DNA of 64,000 nt from Candidatus Nomurabacteria bacterium (GCA_023267215.1 JAHFNS010000001.1:98736-162735); one strand, 5' to 3'. Shown: positions 8,859-19,467, counted from the first letter of the stretch. Notes: generated by a model not told the origin, from the letters alone. Numbers and translations are program-made.

Positions 8859-9962
8859 ATGAGAGAAAGAAAAGTAGATAAATTTTTTTTAGTAATAGTT
8901 TTTATTTTGATTGTTGTTGGTTTTGCGATGTTTATCTCTGCTTCTTTGGGTATTTTAAATAAGAGCGAAAGTACTTTTTATTCTGTGCTTATTAGTCAAC
9001 TTATCCTTGGTTTTGGATTCGGTTTTTTGGGAATGTATTTTGCTTATAAAATTGATTACAAATTTTGGCGTAAATATTCTTTTTATATTTTTTTAGGTTC
9101 TGTGCTTTTAACAGCTGCTGTTTTCATTCCTTTTTTAGGCTGGAGTCATTTAGGAGCAACAAGATGGATAGAGTTAGGACCTTTGAGATTTCAACCAGCT
9201 GAATTTTTAAAATTTGGTTTTGTAATTTATTTTGCCGCTTGGCTTTCTTGGGCAAAAAATAAAGTGCAAGACTTCAAATTTGGTATTTTACCACTTGGTA
9301 TATTATTGGCCATTATCGCTTTTATTTTATTTAATCAACCAGATACGAAAAGTTTTATTTTAATTGCAATAACAGGCATATGTATGCTTTTTATCTCTGG
9401 TGTATCAATGAAATATTTATTACTAATTGGTATAGGGTCTATCGTAGTTCTCGGTTCTCTGGTATATTTTACTCCTTATCTTCAAAGTCGGGTAAAAACA
9501 TTTATTGATCCTTCTCAAGATCCACAAGGCTCTTCTTATCAAATACAACAATCTTTAATTGCGATTGGTTCAGGTGGAATCTTTGGCAGGGGATATGGTC
9601 AAAGTATTCAAAAATTTAGTTATTTACCTGAACCACAAGGAGATTCTATTTTTGCTGTTATTGGAGAAGAATTAGGTTTTGCAGGAGGAGTTTCCATAAT
9701 TTTACTTTATTTAATTTTTTTATTACGTGGTCTTAAAATTGCTAATAATTCTCCCGATTTATTTAGTAGACTTTTGGTTTCTGGAATTGTTATACTAATA
9801 GTGGCGCAATCGTTTATGAATATCGCTTCAATTACTGGAGTTTTTCCGTTGACAGGAGTGCCACTACCTTTTATGAGTCATGGCGGAACTTCATTAATGA
9901 TTTATCTTATAGCGATGGGTATCGTTTTTCGAATATCAAAATATCAACATAAAAATATATGA
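8859..9962 (+). CDS. ftsW: SEDS-family peptidoglycan glycosyltransferase FtsW/RodA
   Basis: 10-TM profile, LPEPQGDSIFAVIGEELGFAGG and PLPFMSHGGTS SEDS motifs. Overlaps murG start by 4 nt. Confidence 0.8.
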   Translation: MRERKVDKFFLVIVFILIVVGFAMFISASLGILNKSESTFYSVLISQLILGFGFGFLGMYFAYKIDYKFWRKYSFYIFLGSVLLTAAVFIPFLGWSHLGATRWIELGPLRFQPAEFLKFGFVIYFAAWLSWAKNKVQDFKFGILPLGILLAIIAFILFNQPDTKSFILIAITGICMLFISGVSMKYLLLIGIGSIVVLGSLVYFTPYLQSRVKTFIDPSQDPQGSSYQIQQSLIAIGSGGIFGRGYGQSIQKFSYLPEPQGDSIFAVIGEELGFAGGVSIILLYLIFLLRGLKIANNSPDLFSRLLVSGIVILIVAQSFMNIASITGVFPLTGVPLPFMSHGGTSLMIYLIAMGIVFRISKYQHKNI

Positions 9963-11089
9963 AAATAGTATTTACAGGAGGAGGAACAGGTGGGCATTTT
10001 TATCCGATTATTGCTGTTGCTCAAAAAGTTAATCAAATAATAGATAAAGAAAAAATAATAGGAGTAAAACTCTACTATATTTCTGATAGTCCATATGACA
10101 AAGAAATGCTTTTTGAAAATGGACTTATATATGAAGAAGTAAGTTCTGGAAAGATGCGTATCTATTTTTCTTTTAAAAATTTTACCGATATTTTTAAAAT
10201 GTTTTTTGGTACGATTAATGCAATTTATAAACTATTTACAATTTATCCAGATGTTGTTTTTGGTAAAGGTGGATATGGTTCATTTCCGACAATTTTAGCA
10301 GCGAGGATTTTACATATTCCTATTGTTATTCACGAATCAGATTCTGCTCCAGGGCGAGTGAATAAATGGGCTGGTCATTTTGCTAAAAAGATTGCTCTTT
10401 CTTTTAAAGAAGCGGCAGAGTATTTTCCAAAAAATAAAGTGGCATGGACGGGACAACCAATTTTAGTTGAAAAAGAACATAAAGCACCACAAAAAGAAGC
10501 ATTGGAATATTTTAAATTAGAATCAAATTTACCTGTCGTATTTATTTTAGGTGGTTCTCAAGGTGCAGAAATTATAAATAATACAATATTAGAAGCACTT
10601 CCTAGATTAATAAAGAATTTTCAAATAATTCACCAGACGGGAATAAATAATTATAATAATGTTGTCGGACAAGCGAAAGTTATTTTAGAATCCAATCAAG
10701 AAAAAATAAGATATTTACCTTTTGCTTACCTGAATCCTTTAGAAATGAAAATGGCTGCTGGGGTGGCAACAATCATTGTTTCTCGGGCAGGTTCAACTAT
10801 TTTTGAAATAGCTTCTTGGAATGTGCCATCTATTTTAATTCCTTTTACTAATTCAAATGCAGATCATTCAAGAAAAAACGCATTTAATTATGCACATACA
10901 GGAGCATGTGATGTGATAGAAGAAGCAAATATGACGGCTAATATTTTAAGTTCTGAAATTGAAAGAATAATAGAAGATAAAGAAGTTTGGAATAAAATGA
11001 CAGAAGCTACAAAAAATTTCAATAAACCCGATGCAGCTCTCAAAATCGCTCGCGAACTCGTAGACATAGCTCTTGCACATGAGAAATAA
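9959..11089 (+). CDS. murG: UDP-GlcNAc:undecaprenyl-PP-MurNAc-pentapeptide GlcNAc transferase MurG
   Basis: MKIVFTGGGTGGHFYP N-terminus, GGSQGA, GT28 fold. Confidence 0.85.
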   Translation: MKIVFTGGGTGGHFYPIIAVAQKVNQIIDKEKIIGVKLYYISDSPYDKEMLFENGLIYEEVSSGKMRIYFSFKNFTDIFKMFFGTINAIYKLFTIYPDVVFGKGGYGSFPTILAARILHIPIVIHESDSAPGRVNKWAGHFAKKIALSFKEAAEYFPKNKVAWTGQPILVEKEHKAPQKEALEYFKLESNLPVVFILGGSQGAEIINNTILEALPRLIKNFQIIHQTGINNYNNVVGQAKVILESNQEKIRYLPFAYLNPLEMKMAAGVATIIVSRAGSTIFEIASWNVPSILIPFTNSNADHSRKNAFNYAHTGACDVIEEANMTANILSSEIERIIEDKEVWNKMTEATKNFNKPDAALKIARELVDIALAHEK

Positions 11090-11176
11090 TTGTGATATAA
11101 TATACTTAGTTAATTAGTATCTTGATAGTTTAATAATCAAAGTTTTTAGAATTTCACTATATTCCAAAAAGAAGAG

Positions 11177-11482
11177 GTGTTTATGTTAAAAGTAAATGAA
11201 GTTGCAAGCCAAGAGGAATTTATATCTTGGTATGTTGATTCACAAATCTATAAATTTAAAGATCCGATTTGGGTTTTTAAATTATTAGAATTTCCTTCTA
11301 TTTTAGAAAATGAAATTGGAGGGAAATTGATTGATGCTTTTTTAGCATTTATCGAAGAAAAAGGGAAAGTCTTTCAACCAGAGACTTCCAATATGTATAT
11401 TTTCAAAAGAGCTATAATCTTAGCTTTAAGAGAAAAATATTTCACTATTCAGCAAGAAGAAATCTCAAAAATAGTAGAATAA
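11177..11482 (+). CDS. hypothetical protein (101 aa)
   Basis: ORF preceded by aagagg SD-like sequence. No recognisable motif. Confidence 0.45.
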   Translation: MFMLKVNEVASQEEFISWYVDSQIYKFKDPIWVFKLLEFPSILENEIGGKLIDAFLAFIEEKGKVFQPETSNMYIFKRAIILALREKYFTIQQEEISKIVE

Positions 11483-11514
11483 TCAAGATTTTTAAATTTC
11501 AAACAGGAGAAAAA

Positions 11515-11748
11515 ATGGAAAAGAAAGAAGGTTGGTTTTTAGAATATGAAAAATTTTCTGGGCATGATTCACTGCATGAACCAACATATTCTAATGTAAG
11601 TGTTGCTTTAGAAGTTGGAGATGATGGAGCAAATGAAATTGCACTTATCACTGCGACTACACAAGCTTTAGAAATTGTTGCAAAAGAAGGCTTAGAATCA
11701 AATAATCCTTCTTTGGCTTGGAAAATGCCTCTAAAAGTTAAAAAATGA
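11515..11748 (+). CDS. hypothetical protein (77 aa)
   Basis: ORF preceded by caggag SD and followed by hairpin terminator at ~11753..11790. Confidence 0.45.
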   Translation: MEKKEGWFLEYEKFSGHDSLHEPTYSNVSVALEVGDDGANEIALITATTQALEIVAKEGLESNNPSLAWKMPLKVKK

Positions 11749-11752
11749 ATGA

Positions 11753-11795
11753 AAAAGTCCGATGTACTATCGGACTTTTCTTATTTTTGGTAAAA
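11753..11795 (+). terminator. rho-independent terminator
   Basis: aaaagtccgat-gtact-atcggacttttc stem-loop followed by a T-run. Confidence 0.6.
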
Positions 11796-11816
11796 AATTA
11801 ACTAAAATGGTAGAAT

Positions 11817-13247
11817 ATGTATATGGAAAATAAAGTTGTCACACGATTTGCACCTTCACCTACAGGTTTTATGCATGTTGGTAATTTAAGAACTGCTCTC
11901 TATGCTTATTTATGGGCCAAGAAAAACAATGGCATTTTTATATTACGTATTGAAGATACAGATAAAGAAAGGGAAGTACAAGGTTCTATTTCACATATTT
12001 TAAAAGTTTTAGAATGGGTAGGTATTAACTGGGATGAAGGCCCAAATGTCGGTGGACCACATGCTCCATATTTGCAATCAGAAAGATTAGATTTATATAA
12101 AAAATATGCACAAATTTTAATTGATAAAGGTTTGGCATATCCTGACCCATACACTGAAGAAGAAGTAGGAATTTTCCGTGATACTGCAGAGCTTGCAAAG
12201 AAACCATTTTTATATAGAGAACACAGACCAGAAGTTTTTGAAAAATGGGATGGAACTAAACCTTTGAGATTTAAAACTCCTCTAATAAAAAGTTATAAAT
12301 GGAATGATTTAGTTTATGGCGAACTTTCGGGAGGTCCTGAAGCACTTGATGATTTTATTTTAATAAAAAGTGATGGATATCCAACATACAATTTTGCTCA
12401 CATTATAGATGATATAGAAATGGGTATTACTCATGTAATGCGTGGACAAGAATTTATTTCTTCTGTACCTAAATTTTTGTCTCTTTATGATGCATTAGGT
12501 ATTTCATATCCTCTTTTTGCAACCTTGCCACCAATTATGGGCGAAGGAGGAAATAAAAAATTAGGCAAAAGAGATGGAGCTAAAGATGTTTTAGAATATA
12601 AAAATGAAGGATATTTACCTTTCGCAATGGTGAATTTTTTAGCTTTGCTTGGTTGGAATCCGGGAGATGAAAGAGAAATTTTCAGTATGGATGAATTGAT
12701 AAAGATTTTTGATATTTCTAGAATAGGGCATTCAGGCGCTCAATGGAATGATGACAAGCTTGATTGGATAAATAAAGAACATATTAAAATACTTGCCTTA
12801 AAAAATCCTGAAGAATTAAAAAATAATATTTTTGCATATTTACCAGATGAATTGAAAATAGAAAAATTAATTCCTGTTATTACAGAAAGGATTTCTAAAT
12901 GGAGTGATGTAAAAGTAATGCTAGAAAAAGGGGAGTTAGATTTCTTTTATAAAATGCCAAAATATTCTAAAGAAAAACTAATTTATAAAAATATAAAATT
13001 AGAAAAAATTTCTAAAAATATTTCACAAGCAGTGTCAGAATTAGAAAAAATAAATGAAAAAGATTTTATATTAGAAAATATAAAAAAAGTATTGATGCAG
13101 GTAGCAAATACTTTAGAAAGTAGGGGAGAACTGTTGCATCCTGTAAGGTATGCCCTCTCAGGTCTTGATAAATCACCAGATCCATTCGTTATTGCTGAGA
13201 TTTTAGGTAAAAATGAAACTTTATTACGATTACAAAAGGCTATATAA
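11817..13247 (+). CDS. gltX: glutamyl-tRNA synthetase
   Basis: PSPTGFMHVGNLRTALYAY (HIGH), KLGKRDG (KMSKS-like), class I catalytic core plus anticodon-binding C-terminal domain. Confidence 0.85.
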   Translation: MYMENKVVTRFAPSPTGFMHVGNLRTALYAYLWAKKNNGIFILRIEDTDKEREVQGSISHILKVLEWVGINWDEGPNVGGPHAPYLQSERLDLYKKYAQILIDKGLAYPDPYTEEEVGIFRDTAELAKKPFLYREHRPEVFEKWDGTKPLRFKTPLIKSYKWNDLVYGELSGGPEALDDFILIKSDGYPTYNFAHIIDDIEMGITHVMRGQEFISSVPKFLSLYDALGISYPLFATLPPIMGEGGNKKLGKRDGAKDVLEYKNEGYLPFAMVNFLALLGWNPGDEREIFSMDELIKIFDISRIGHSGAQWNDDKLDWINKEHIKILALKNPEELKNNIFAYLPDELKIEKLIPVITERISKWSDVKVMLEKGELDFFYKMPKYSKEKLIYKNIKLEKISKNISQAVSELEKINEKDFILENIKKVLMQVANTLESRGELLHPVRYALSGLDKSPDPFVIAEILGKNETLLRLQKAI

Positions 13248-14505
13248 GCTTATAATAATACTATTTCTAGGAATTTTAGTGGTATTTCCTATTATTTTTT
13301 CTTATGCACAGACAGTAGGAGAGTTAAATAGTAAGATAAATCAAAAAAATGTAGATATAGACAAATTAGAACAAGAGATCAAACAATACCAAGCACAAAT
13401 AGATGACCTGGGAAAACAGAAAAATTCTCTAAATGGCTCTATTAAACAATTGGATTTAACTAAAAAAAAGTTGGTTGCAGATATAGCTGTTACTCAGAAT
13501 AAAATAGACAAAACAAATTTAAAAATAAAAGAATTAAGTTTACAAATAAATGATAAAGAAAGTGTTATTTCAAACAATCTAAATGCCCTATCTCTTGATA
13601 TTAAAAAGATAAATGAATTTGATCAAAATGATGCAGTAGAAACTATTTTATCAGAAAATAATTTTACAGTAATTTGGAATGATATAGATAATATGGCCAC
13701 ATTAAGTAATTCTATTAGAGTTGAAACAGCTAAATTAAGAGAGGTGAAAAGTATTTTAGAAAGTACCAGAAAAGAAACAACAGATGCAAAAAATGAGTTG
13801 TTGGTACTTAAATCTAAATTAGCCGACCAGAAAAAAATTGTAGAGCAAAATACAAAAGATAAAAATAAACTTTTAGCTCAGACAAAAAATAGCGAAGCTA
13901 ATTATCAAAAATTATTAATGGACAGGTTAGCCAAAAAAGATGCTTTTGAAAAAGAATTGCGCAATTATGAATCACAGTTAAAATATATTCTTGATCCATC
14001 TTCGCTTCCTAGCGCAGGAGTATTAAGTTGGCCAGTTGATAATGTATATATTACTCAATATTTTGGTAAGACAGAAGCAGGGAAACGTCTTTATGCTAAT
14101 GGAACACACAATGGTGTAGATTTTCGTGCTTCCATAGGTACACCTATTAAAGCTATGGCAGACGGTGTAGTGGCAGGTACTGGAGACACAGATGTGCAAT
14201 GTAATGGAGTTTCTTTTGGACGTTTTATTTTAATTAAATATGAGAATGGCCTTGCTAGTACTTTTGGACATTTATCACTTATAAAAGTAAGCACAGGAGA
14301 AAAAGTGTATCGTGGTCAAATTGTTGGTTATAGTGGCAACACTGGTTACTCTACAGGTCCTCATCTACATGTTTCTATTTATGCAAAAGATGCTGTTGAG
14401 TTAAAAACTTTACCAAGTAAATCTTGTCCGGGAAGAGTTTTAACTCAACCGATATCACCAATCAATGCTTATCTAGATCCTATGTATTATCTACCTCATT
14501 TATAA
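13213..14505 (+). CDS. M23 family metallo-endopeptidase with long N-terminal coiled coil (EnvC/NlpD-like)
   Basis: Signal/TM N-terminus, ~230 aa heptad-rich region, C-terminal HNGVDF...GHLS...GYSTGPHLHVSIY (HxxxD and HxH M23 motifs). Confidence 0.8.
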   Translation: MKLYYDYKRLYKLIIILFLGILVVFPIIFSYAQTVGELNSKINQKNVDIDKLEQEIKQYQAQIDDLGKQKNSLNGSIKQLDLTKKKLVADIAVTQNKIDKTNLKIKELSLQINDKESVISNNLNALSLDIKKINEFDQNDAVETILSENNFTVIWNDIDNMATLSNSIRVETAKLREVKSILESTRKETTDAKNELLVLKSKLADQKKIVEQNTKDKNKLLAQTKNSEANYQKLLMDRLAKKDAFEKELRNYESQLKYILDPSSLPSAGVLSWPVDNVYITQYFGKTEAGKRLYANGTHNGVDFRASIGTPIKAMADGVVAGTGDTDVQCNGVSFGRFILIKYENGLASTFGHLSLIKVSTGEKVYRGQIVGYSGNTGYSTGPHLHVSIYAKDAVELKTLPSKSCPGRVLTQPISPINAYLDPMYYLPHL

Positions 14506-14547
14506 TATATATTGCAGAAGGCATACAATAAGTGGTAAAATAAATAC

Positions 14548-14685
14548 ATGATTAATAAAACAGAAGGCGGTTTTTTGAAGATAATTATAATTATTCTTGT
14601 TGCTTTTATTTTAATGAAATATCTTCATATTACTTTTTATGATATTTTTAATTGGATCAAGACATTATTTAATAGTGTTTTATAA
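14548..14685 (+). CDS. possible small hydrophobic protein (~45 aa), not in ORF track
   Basis: atg...taa ORF translating MINKTEGGFLKIIIIILVAFILMKYLHITFYDIFNWIKTLFNSVL. Coordinates approximate. Confidence 0.2.
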   Translation: MINKTEGGFLKIIIIILVAFILMKYLHITFYDIFNWIKTLFNSVL

Positions 14686-15021
14686 ATGAAATTTACAATG
14701 AAAAAAGTAAATAAACAAAAAGGCGGTATAAGTATTTTGGGAATTATATTTTTAGGATTAATTTTAATTTTAATACTTAGTTATTTTAATATAAGTGTCA
14801 GATCAGTGGTAGAAAGTCCTACTGGACAAGATAACCTTAATTATGTCGGGGGAGGGACTAGAAATCTATGGAATGACTATCTCAAGAAACCAGCCGATTA
14901 TTTATGGAATGATATATTTGTAAATATCTTTTGGAAATCTTTTATTTCAAATATGGAACGTATTAGAGATGGCAAACCAACAGATTACGAAAATGCTGCT
15001 CCATTGTTTAATAGGAGTTAA
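14686..15021 (+). CDS. hypothetical secreted/membrane-anchored protein
   Basis: N-terminal hydrophobic segment GISILGIIFLGLILILIL. No known motif. Confidence 0.4.
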   Translation: MKFTMKKVNKQKGGISILGIIFLGLILILILSYFNISVRSVVESPTGQDNLNYVGGGTRNLWNDYLKKPADYLWNDIFVNIFWKSFISNMERIRDGKPTDYENAAPLFNRS

Positions 15022-15129
15022 GTGTTGAGGGGACAGTCTTTTTGGGCTTATCTTTTTTGATAGTTTAATTAACATAGTGTCGCACAATATATGTTTTGGA
15101 CATGGTCTATCTGAAATAATGCAGTAATA

Positions 15130-15510
15130 TTATTTACACGAGTTAGAAAGCACATAGCCGGATTTCTCTGCCTCTAGAGACGTTGCAAAATATATTCTAT
15201 TTTCTTCTTTAATAGTTTTTCCTGCTCCACAACTTATAGAATAATATTTACTCCCCCGACTTGAAGCGAAAAAATTTCCAGAGTTTGATTTTTGAGAATC
15301 ATTTGAATTTTGAGGTAAAGTGGCTAAATTTTGATCTATGGCACCTATAGCATTGGCTTCTCCTCCGTTATATTCGATCTTAAGGCCCGAAGGCATTTCT
15401 TTTGATAGTCTACCTAATTCAAATGAGCCTAAACCGACCAAAATAATAATGATAATTACCAATATATCTTTACCTTTGTCGCTCTCTATAAATGACTTGA
15501 TTTTTTCCAT
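15130..15510 (-). CDS. membrane-anchored protein with C-terminal Ada-like (Ada_Zn_binding-like) domain
   Basis: Start taken at MEKIKSF to avoid overlap with rpmA. TM helix ILVIIIIILVGLG. C-terminus KYYSISCGAGKTIKEENRIYFATSLEAEKSGYVLSNSC resembles the YxxPSCxxxKxIxxENRVxFxSxEEAxxAGYRPCKxC family but keeps only 2 Cys. Confidence 0.5.
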   Translation of the reverse strand: MEKIKSFIESDKGKDILVIIIIILVGLGSFELGRLSKEMPSGLKIEYNGGEANAIGAIDQNLATLPQNSNDSQKSNSGNFFASSRGSKYYSISCGAGKTIKEENRIYFATSLEAEKSGYVLSNSCK

Positions 15511-15582
15511 ATAATTGTTTATACTTGATTTTACGTTGATTTGTAAGTAAATTTTAACATTTAATAATATAAAAATAAACAT

Positions 15583-15855
15583 ATGGCACATAGAAAAGCT
15601 GGCGGAACCGCGAAAAACTTAAGAGATTCAAATCCAAAATATCTTGGTACTAAACTTGCTGATGGACAAAAGGCACAACCTGGTTCTATTATTATCCGCC
15701 AACGCGGTACAGTGATTATGGCTGGTAATAACGTATCCATGGGCAAAGATCACACCTTATTTGCTTTAAAAGCTGGTACAGTCAAATTTGGCTCTAGACG
15801 TAAGATATCTTTTAATGGTAAAACGGTAGTTAAAAAGGTAGTAAATGTAGTTTAA
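15583..15855 (+). CDS. rpmA: 50S ribosomal protein L27
   Basis: [22 protein letters not shown]...RQRGT N-terminus is diagnostic for L27. Confidence 0.9.
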   Translation: MAHRKAGGTAKNLRDSNPKYLGTKLADGQKAQPGSIIIRQRGTVIMAGNNVSMGKDHTLFALKAGTVKFGSRRKISFNGKTVVKKVVNVV

Positions 15856-16295
15856 ATCCTTTCTATAATAAGCTTAAATGAAGATTTCTTGTTTTTTATA
15901 AGAATCGGAATTTCAAATTCCCCTATTTCTTTTATTTGTTTTTCTAAGACAATAAATTTTTCAGCTATTTCTGCATGACATTGTTTACTCATAGCCTCAA
16001 CTATCATTTTAGGATGAATAGCAGAAAACAGATGTCCTTTATCATCTGATTTTGCTTTTATATTGATAATCTTACCCTTTATCTCTTCTAAATTTTTCAT
16101 CAAAAGATCTTCTTGGACTTCCCTCTCTATTACAATTTCTTTTTTGTGTCTTTCGATTTCAGTTACTGCTTTTGCTGTTGCTAGTGTTGCCAATTTTTTA
16201 GGAAATAAAAAATTTATGGCATAGCCGTCATTTATTTCTTTTATGTCATATTTTTTTCCTACCCTTGGAACATCTTGTAAGAAAATTATTTTCAT
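15852..16295 (-). CDS. rplI: 50S ribosomal protein L9
   Basis: MKIIFLQDV...[25 protein letters not shown]-domain and a C-terminal domain. 147 aa. Confidence 0.85.
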   Translation of the reverse strand: MKIIFLQDVPRVGKKYDIKEINDGYAINFLFPKKLATLATAKAVTEIERHKKEIVIEREVQEDLLMKNLEEIKGKIINIKAKSDDKGHLFSAIHPKMIVEAMSKQCHAEIAEKFIVLEKQIKEIGEFEIPILIKNKKSSFKLIIERI

Positions 16296-16296
16296 A

Positions 16297-17508
16297 TTAT
16301 TTATTCAATAATTCTACAGCTTTATTTAACTGCACATCATTTTTATTTTCAATATCTTTTTTAGTAAAAGATACAACATAATCAGGATCTAGTCCTTTTT
16401 CAGATATGGATTTACCATTTGGAGTTAACCATTTAGCTACAGTGATTTTCAAAAGAGTATCTGGTGTTACCTTCACCATTTCCTGCACAGATCCTTTACC
16501 AAAACTTTTTTCCCCAACTAGAAAAGCTTTTTTGTAATCTTGCATGGCTCCAGCCAAAATTTCAGAAGCTGAAGCAGAACCTCCATCTATTAAGATGGCA
16601 AATTTCAATTTATCAGTAAATATATTATATCCTTCACTTCGATAAACTTTAGGCTTAGCATTACTACCATAATCTTCTGTAACAACTGTTTTTCCTCCTT
16701 CTAAAAACCAACTAGCCATACTTACGGCTGCATTCAAATATCCACCTGGATTACCCCTTAAATCTAGTATTAATTTATCTGATTTAGATGCAGAAAATTC
16801 TTTTATTGCATTTTGGAAAAGTTCGGCTGAATTAGCTGAAAAACTATATAATCTTATAACAAAAATTCCATCTTTTCTTGATTCAATATCAAGGGTTGGC
16901 ATATTTATTGTATCTCGCACCATTTTAACTTCTTTTGGATCTATATCTCCCTCATGAAAAATGGTAAGGGTTACAGTCGTACCAACATCACCTCTAATTA
17001 AATTTATAGCTTTTTCTATACTCATATCAGAAGTAGTTAAATTATTTATTTTTAGAATTTTATCACCAGATTTTATATTAGCTTTATAAGCTGGAGTATC
17101 TTTTAGAGGAGCAATGACTGTAAGTATCTTGTCTTTCATACCAATTTCAATACCAACTCCACCAAAATTTCCTTGTATACTATCTTGAAATAGTTTTGCA
17201 TCATCTGGTTTAAAAAATATGCTATATGGGTCATTTAAAGAGCTTACAAGGCCAGAAATAGCTCCATAAACTTTATTTTGATCTGTTATTTTACTAATAT
17301 TTGGATATTTGTCATTTATTTCGTTCCAAGCTTTCCAAAAAGGTGAAAAATCAGCTTCAGTGGAAACAGCTGTTTCTTTTCCTAAAACATTGACAACTTT
17401 ATTTATTTCTGGTCTATTATTTAAACCAATATAAGTGCCTAGACCAAAAAAAATAGCTACAAGTAATATAGTGGAAAAAGCACGTCTTGTTTGAAAATAT
17501 TCTAACAT
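16297..17508 (-). CDS. carboxy-terminal processing protease (S41 family, PDZ-containing)
   Basis: N-terminal TM, PDZ (GVGIEIG...GDKILKIN), LDLRGNPGG and Ser/Lys dyad region typical of CtpA/Prc. Confidence 0.85.
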   Translation of the reverse strand: MLEYFQTRRAFSTILLVAIFFGLGTYIGLNNRPEINKVVNVLGKETAVSTEADFSPFWKAWNEINDKYPNISKITDQNKVYGAISGLVSSLNDPYSIFFKPDDAKLFQDSIQGNFGGVGIEIGMKDKILTVIAPLKDTPAYKANIKSGDKILKINNLTTSDMSIEKAINLIRGDVGTTVTLTIFHEGDIDPKEVKMVRDTINMPTLDIESRKDGIFVIRLYSFSANSAELFQNAIKEFSASKSDKLILDLRGNPGGYLNAAVSMASWFLEGGKTVVTEDYGSNAKPKVYRSEGYNIFTDKLKFAILIDGGSASASEILAGAMQDYKKAFLVGEKSFGKGSVQEMVKVTPDTLLKITVAKWLTPNGKSISEKGLDPDYVVSFTKKDIENKNDVQLNKAVELLNK

Positions 17509-17511
17509 AAA

Positions 17512-17805
17512 TTATATTTTATCATTAAAATCTCTATTTTCAGAAAAATTATCAAAAGTCTTTTCTTCCTTCTCTCCTGTCTTTTCATTATTATAAATTA
17601 AATAACTAAAATAAATGATCACTAAACCAGTGATAGAAAAGATTATATTCTTTAGAGAAAGTGGAAATCCTAAATAAGGCAATATAGCTATCCAAATACC
17701 TAAAATAAAGACTATTTTTATTTTGCTCATAGTTACTATTATACCGCATTTATTAATAAAAAACAAAACTATTTGAAATATTCTGGTGTATTTATAGACA
17801 TCCAA
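17512..17805 (-). CDS. small membrane protein (97 aa)
   Basis: Two predicted TM helices. Tightly packed between ctpA-like gene and PBP2. Confidence 0.4.
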   Translation of the reverse strand: MDVYKYTRIFQIVLFFINKCGIIVTMSKIKIVFILGIWIAILPYLGFPLSLKNIIFSITGLVIIYFSYLIYNNEKTGEKEEKTFDNFSENRDFNDKI

Positions 17806-19463
17806 TCTAAAAGTCCACGCATTATTGAAGAAGCACCTACTCCCCCTCCAGAGGGACCTGATTCCATCATAATAGTAAAAGCATATTTAGGATTTTCATA
17901 AGGGAAAAAACCAATAATCCAAGAATTGACTTTGCTTTTACTTATTCCAACTTGAGCTGTTCCAGTTTTTGAAGCAATTTCAACATAAGGCACATTGATG
18001 GCTACCGAAGTTCCAACTAAGACACTTTGTCTCATTCCTTCATGCACAACATCAAAATATTCTTTTTTAAAATCAATTTTTGAAGTTGTATTTTCTTTTG
18101 TTTTATCTCCTAGAATATAATGTGGAGTAACTAGTGTACCATCATTAGCTATAGCAGAAACTGCTCGAACCATTTCCATAGGTGTCACTTGAAATCCATA
18201 TTGTCCGATAGCGGTATGATAAGTGTCCCCAATGCGCCATAGATCTCCTTTAAAATTTTTTATTTTCCATTCAGGGCTTGGAATAATGCCACCTTTTTCA
18301 TCCGGTAAATCAACATTAGTTTTTTCACCGATGCCGAATAATTTTGCATATTTTTCGATATTTAATATACCTAAACCTTTTTGATCCTGGAATCCACCTC
18401 CAATTTCATAAAAATAAACATCACTTGATACAGCTAGAGCTTGTCGCATATCTACCCATCCATGTGCTTTCCAATCTTTGAAAATTGTTTTTTGATCTGG
18501 AAAATATGGGTTTGGAATTGAAATAGAGCCTGTAGATAATATTTTTTTTGCTGGATCTATTACATTCTCATTTAATGCCCCCATGGCAAAAAATGGTTTG
18601 ACAATGGATCCGGGTGTATAAAGTCCTGAGATTGTTCTATCTAAAAAAACTTTTCTTTTATCATTAAAATAATTTGTAATTTTTTTTGAATCTTTACCAA
18701 GAGAAAGCACCTCTGAATCATATTCAGGAAAGCTAACAGAAGAAAGTATTTCGCCGTTACGAACATCCATCAAAACACCTGCTCCACCAGAAAAAGAATT
18801 ACTTTCTGATAAATTCTTAATTAGAATAAATAATTCTTTTTGGATACGTGAATCAATTGTAGTTACTAAATCAGCACCTCGTTTTGGTATATTTACAATA
18901 TTTTCAGAATGAACAGTTTTACGTGCATCCATTTCTACTATTTTTGAACCATTTTCTCCTTTTAATTCCTTATTATATTGTTTTTCTAAGCCATCTTTTC
19001 CTATAAATTCACTTTGCCAATAATTGCCTGACTTGTCTTGCATTGGATAACTTACATACCCCAAAATATGTGAAAATCCGGGAGATAAATAAGTGCGAAT
19101 AGTGGTGGGAAGATCTGACACTTTTTTATTCCAAGTAAGTTCTATTTTATTTCTATCATAAATAATTCCTCTATCACTAAAAATAATTTGTTTTTCTAAA
19201 ACGTTGTTTTTACTTCTATCTAGAAAAGCTTCTCCTTTTTGAATTTGTAAATAACCAAGCCTAGTTCCAAAAGTTCCTAAAAATAATATAAAAAAGATGC
19301 CGATAAAGAAAATGGTTTTTTTTGAAATCGGTTTTTCTATCCTACCTTCAAATTGTTGGCGATCAAAATTTTGTAAGTTTTTAGAATCAAGAAAAATCTC
19401 ATCGGGTTCAACGAAGAAATTTGCGTTTTTTATTTTCTTTTTTGATAATATTCTCTTTATCAT
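17769..19463 (-). CDS. penicillin-binding protein 2 / FtsI-family class B transpeptidase
   Basis: N-terminal TM, dimerisation domain, transpeptidase motifs GSIVKPF (SxxK), SSD (AVSSDVYF), KTGTA. Confidence 0.85.
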   Translation of the reverse strand: MIKRILSKKKIKNANFFVEPDEIFLDSKNLQNFDRQQFEGRIEKPISKKTIFFIGIFFILFLGTFGTRLGYLQIQKGEAFLDRSKNNVLEKQIIFSDRGIIYDRNKIELTWNKKVSDLPTTIRTYLSPGFSHILGYVSYPMQDKSGNYWQSEFIGKDGLEKQYNKELKGENGSKIVEMDARKTVHSENIVNIPKRGADLVTTIDSRIQKELFILIKNLSESNSFSGGAGVLMDVRNGEILSSVSFPEYDSEVLSLGKDSKKITNYFNDKRKVFLDRTISGLYTPGSIVKPFFAMGALNENVIDPAKKILSTGSISIPNPYFPDQKTIFKDWKAHGWVDMRQALAVSSDVYFYEIGGGFQDQKGLGILNIEKYAKLFGIGEKTNVDLPDEKGGIIPSPEWKIKNFKGDLWRIGDTYHTAIGQYGFQVTPMEMVRAVSAIANDGTLVTPHYILGDKTKENTTSKIDFKKEYFDVVHEGMRQSVLVGTSVAINVPYVEIASKTGTAQVGISKSKVNSWIIGFFPYENPKYAFTIMMESGPSGGGVGASSIMRGLLDWMSINTPEYFK

Positions 19464-19467
19464 AATC

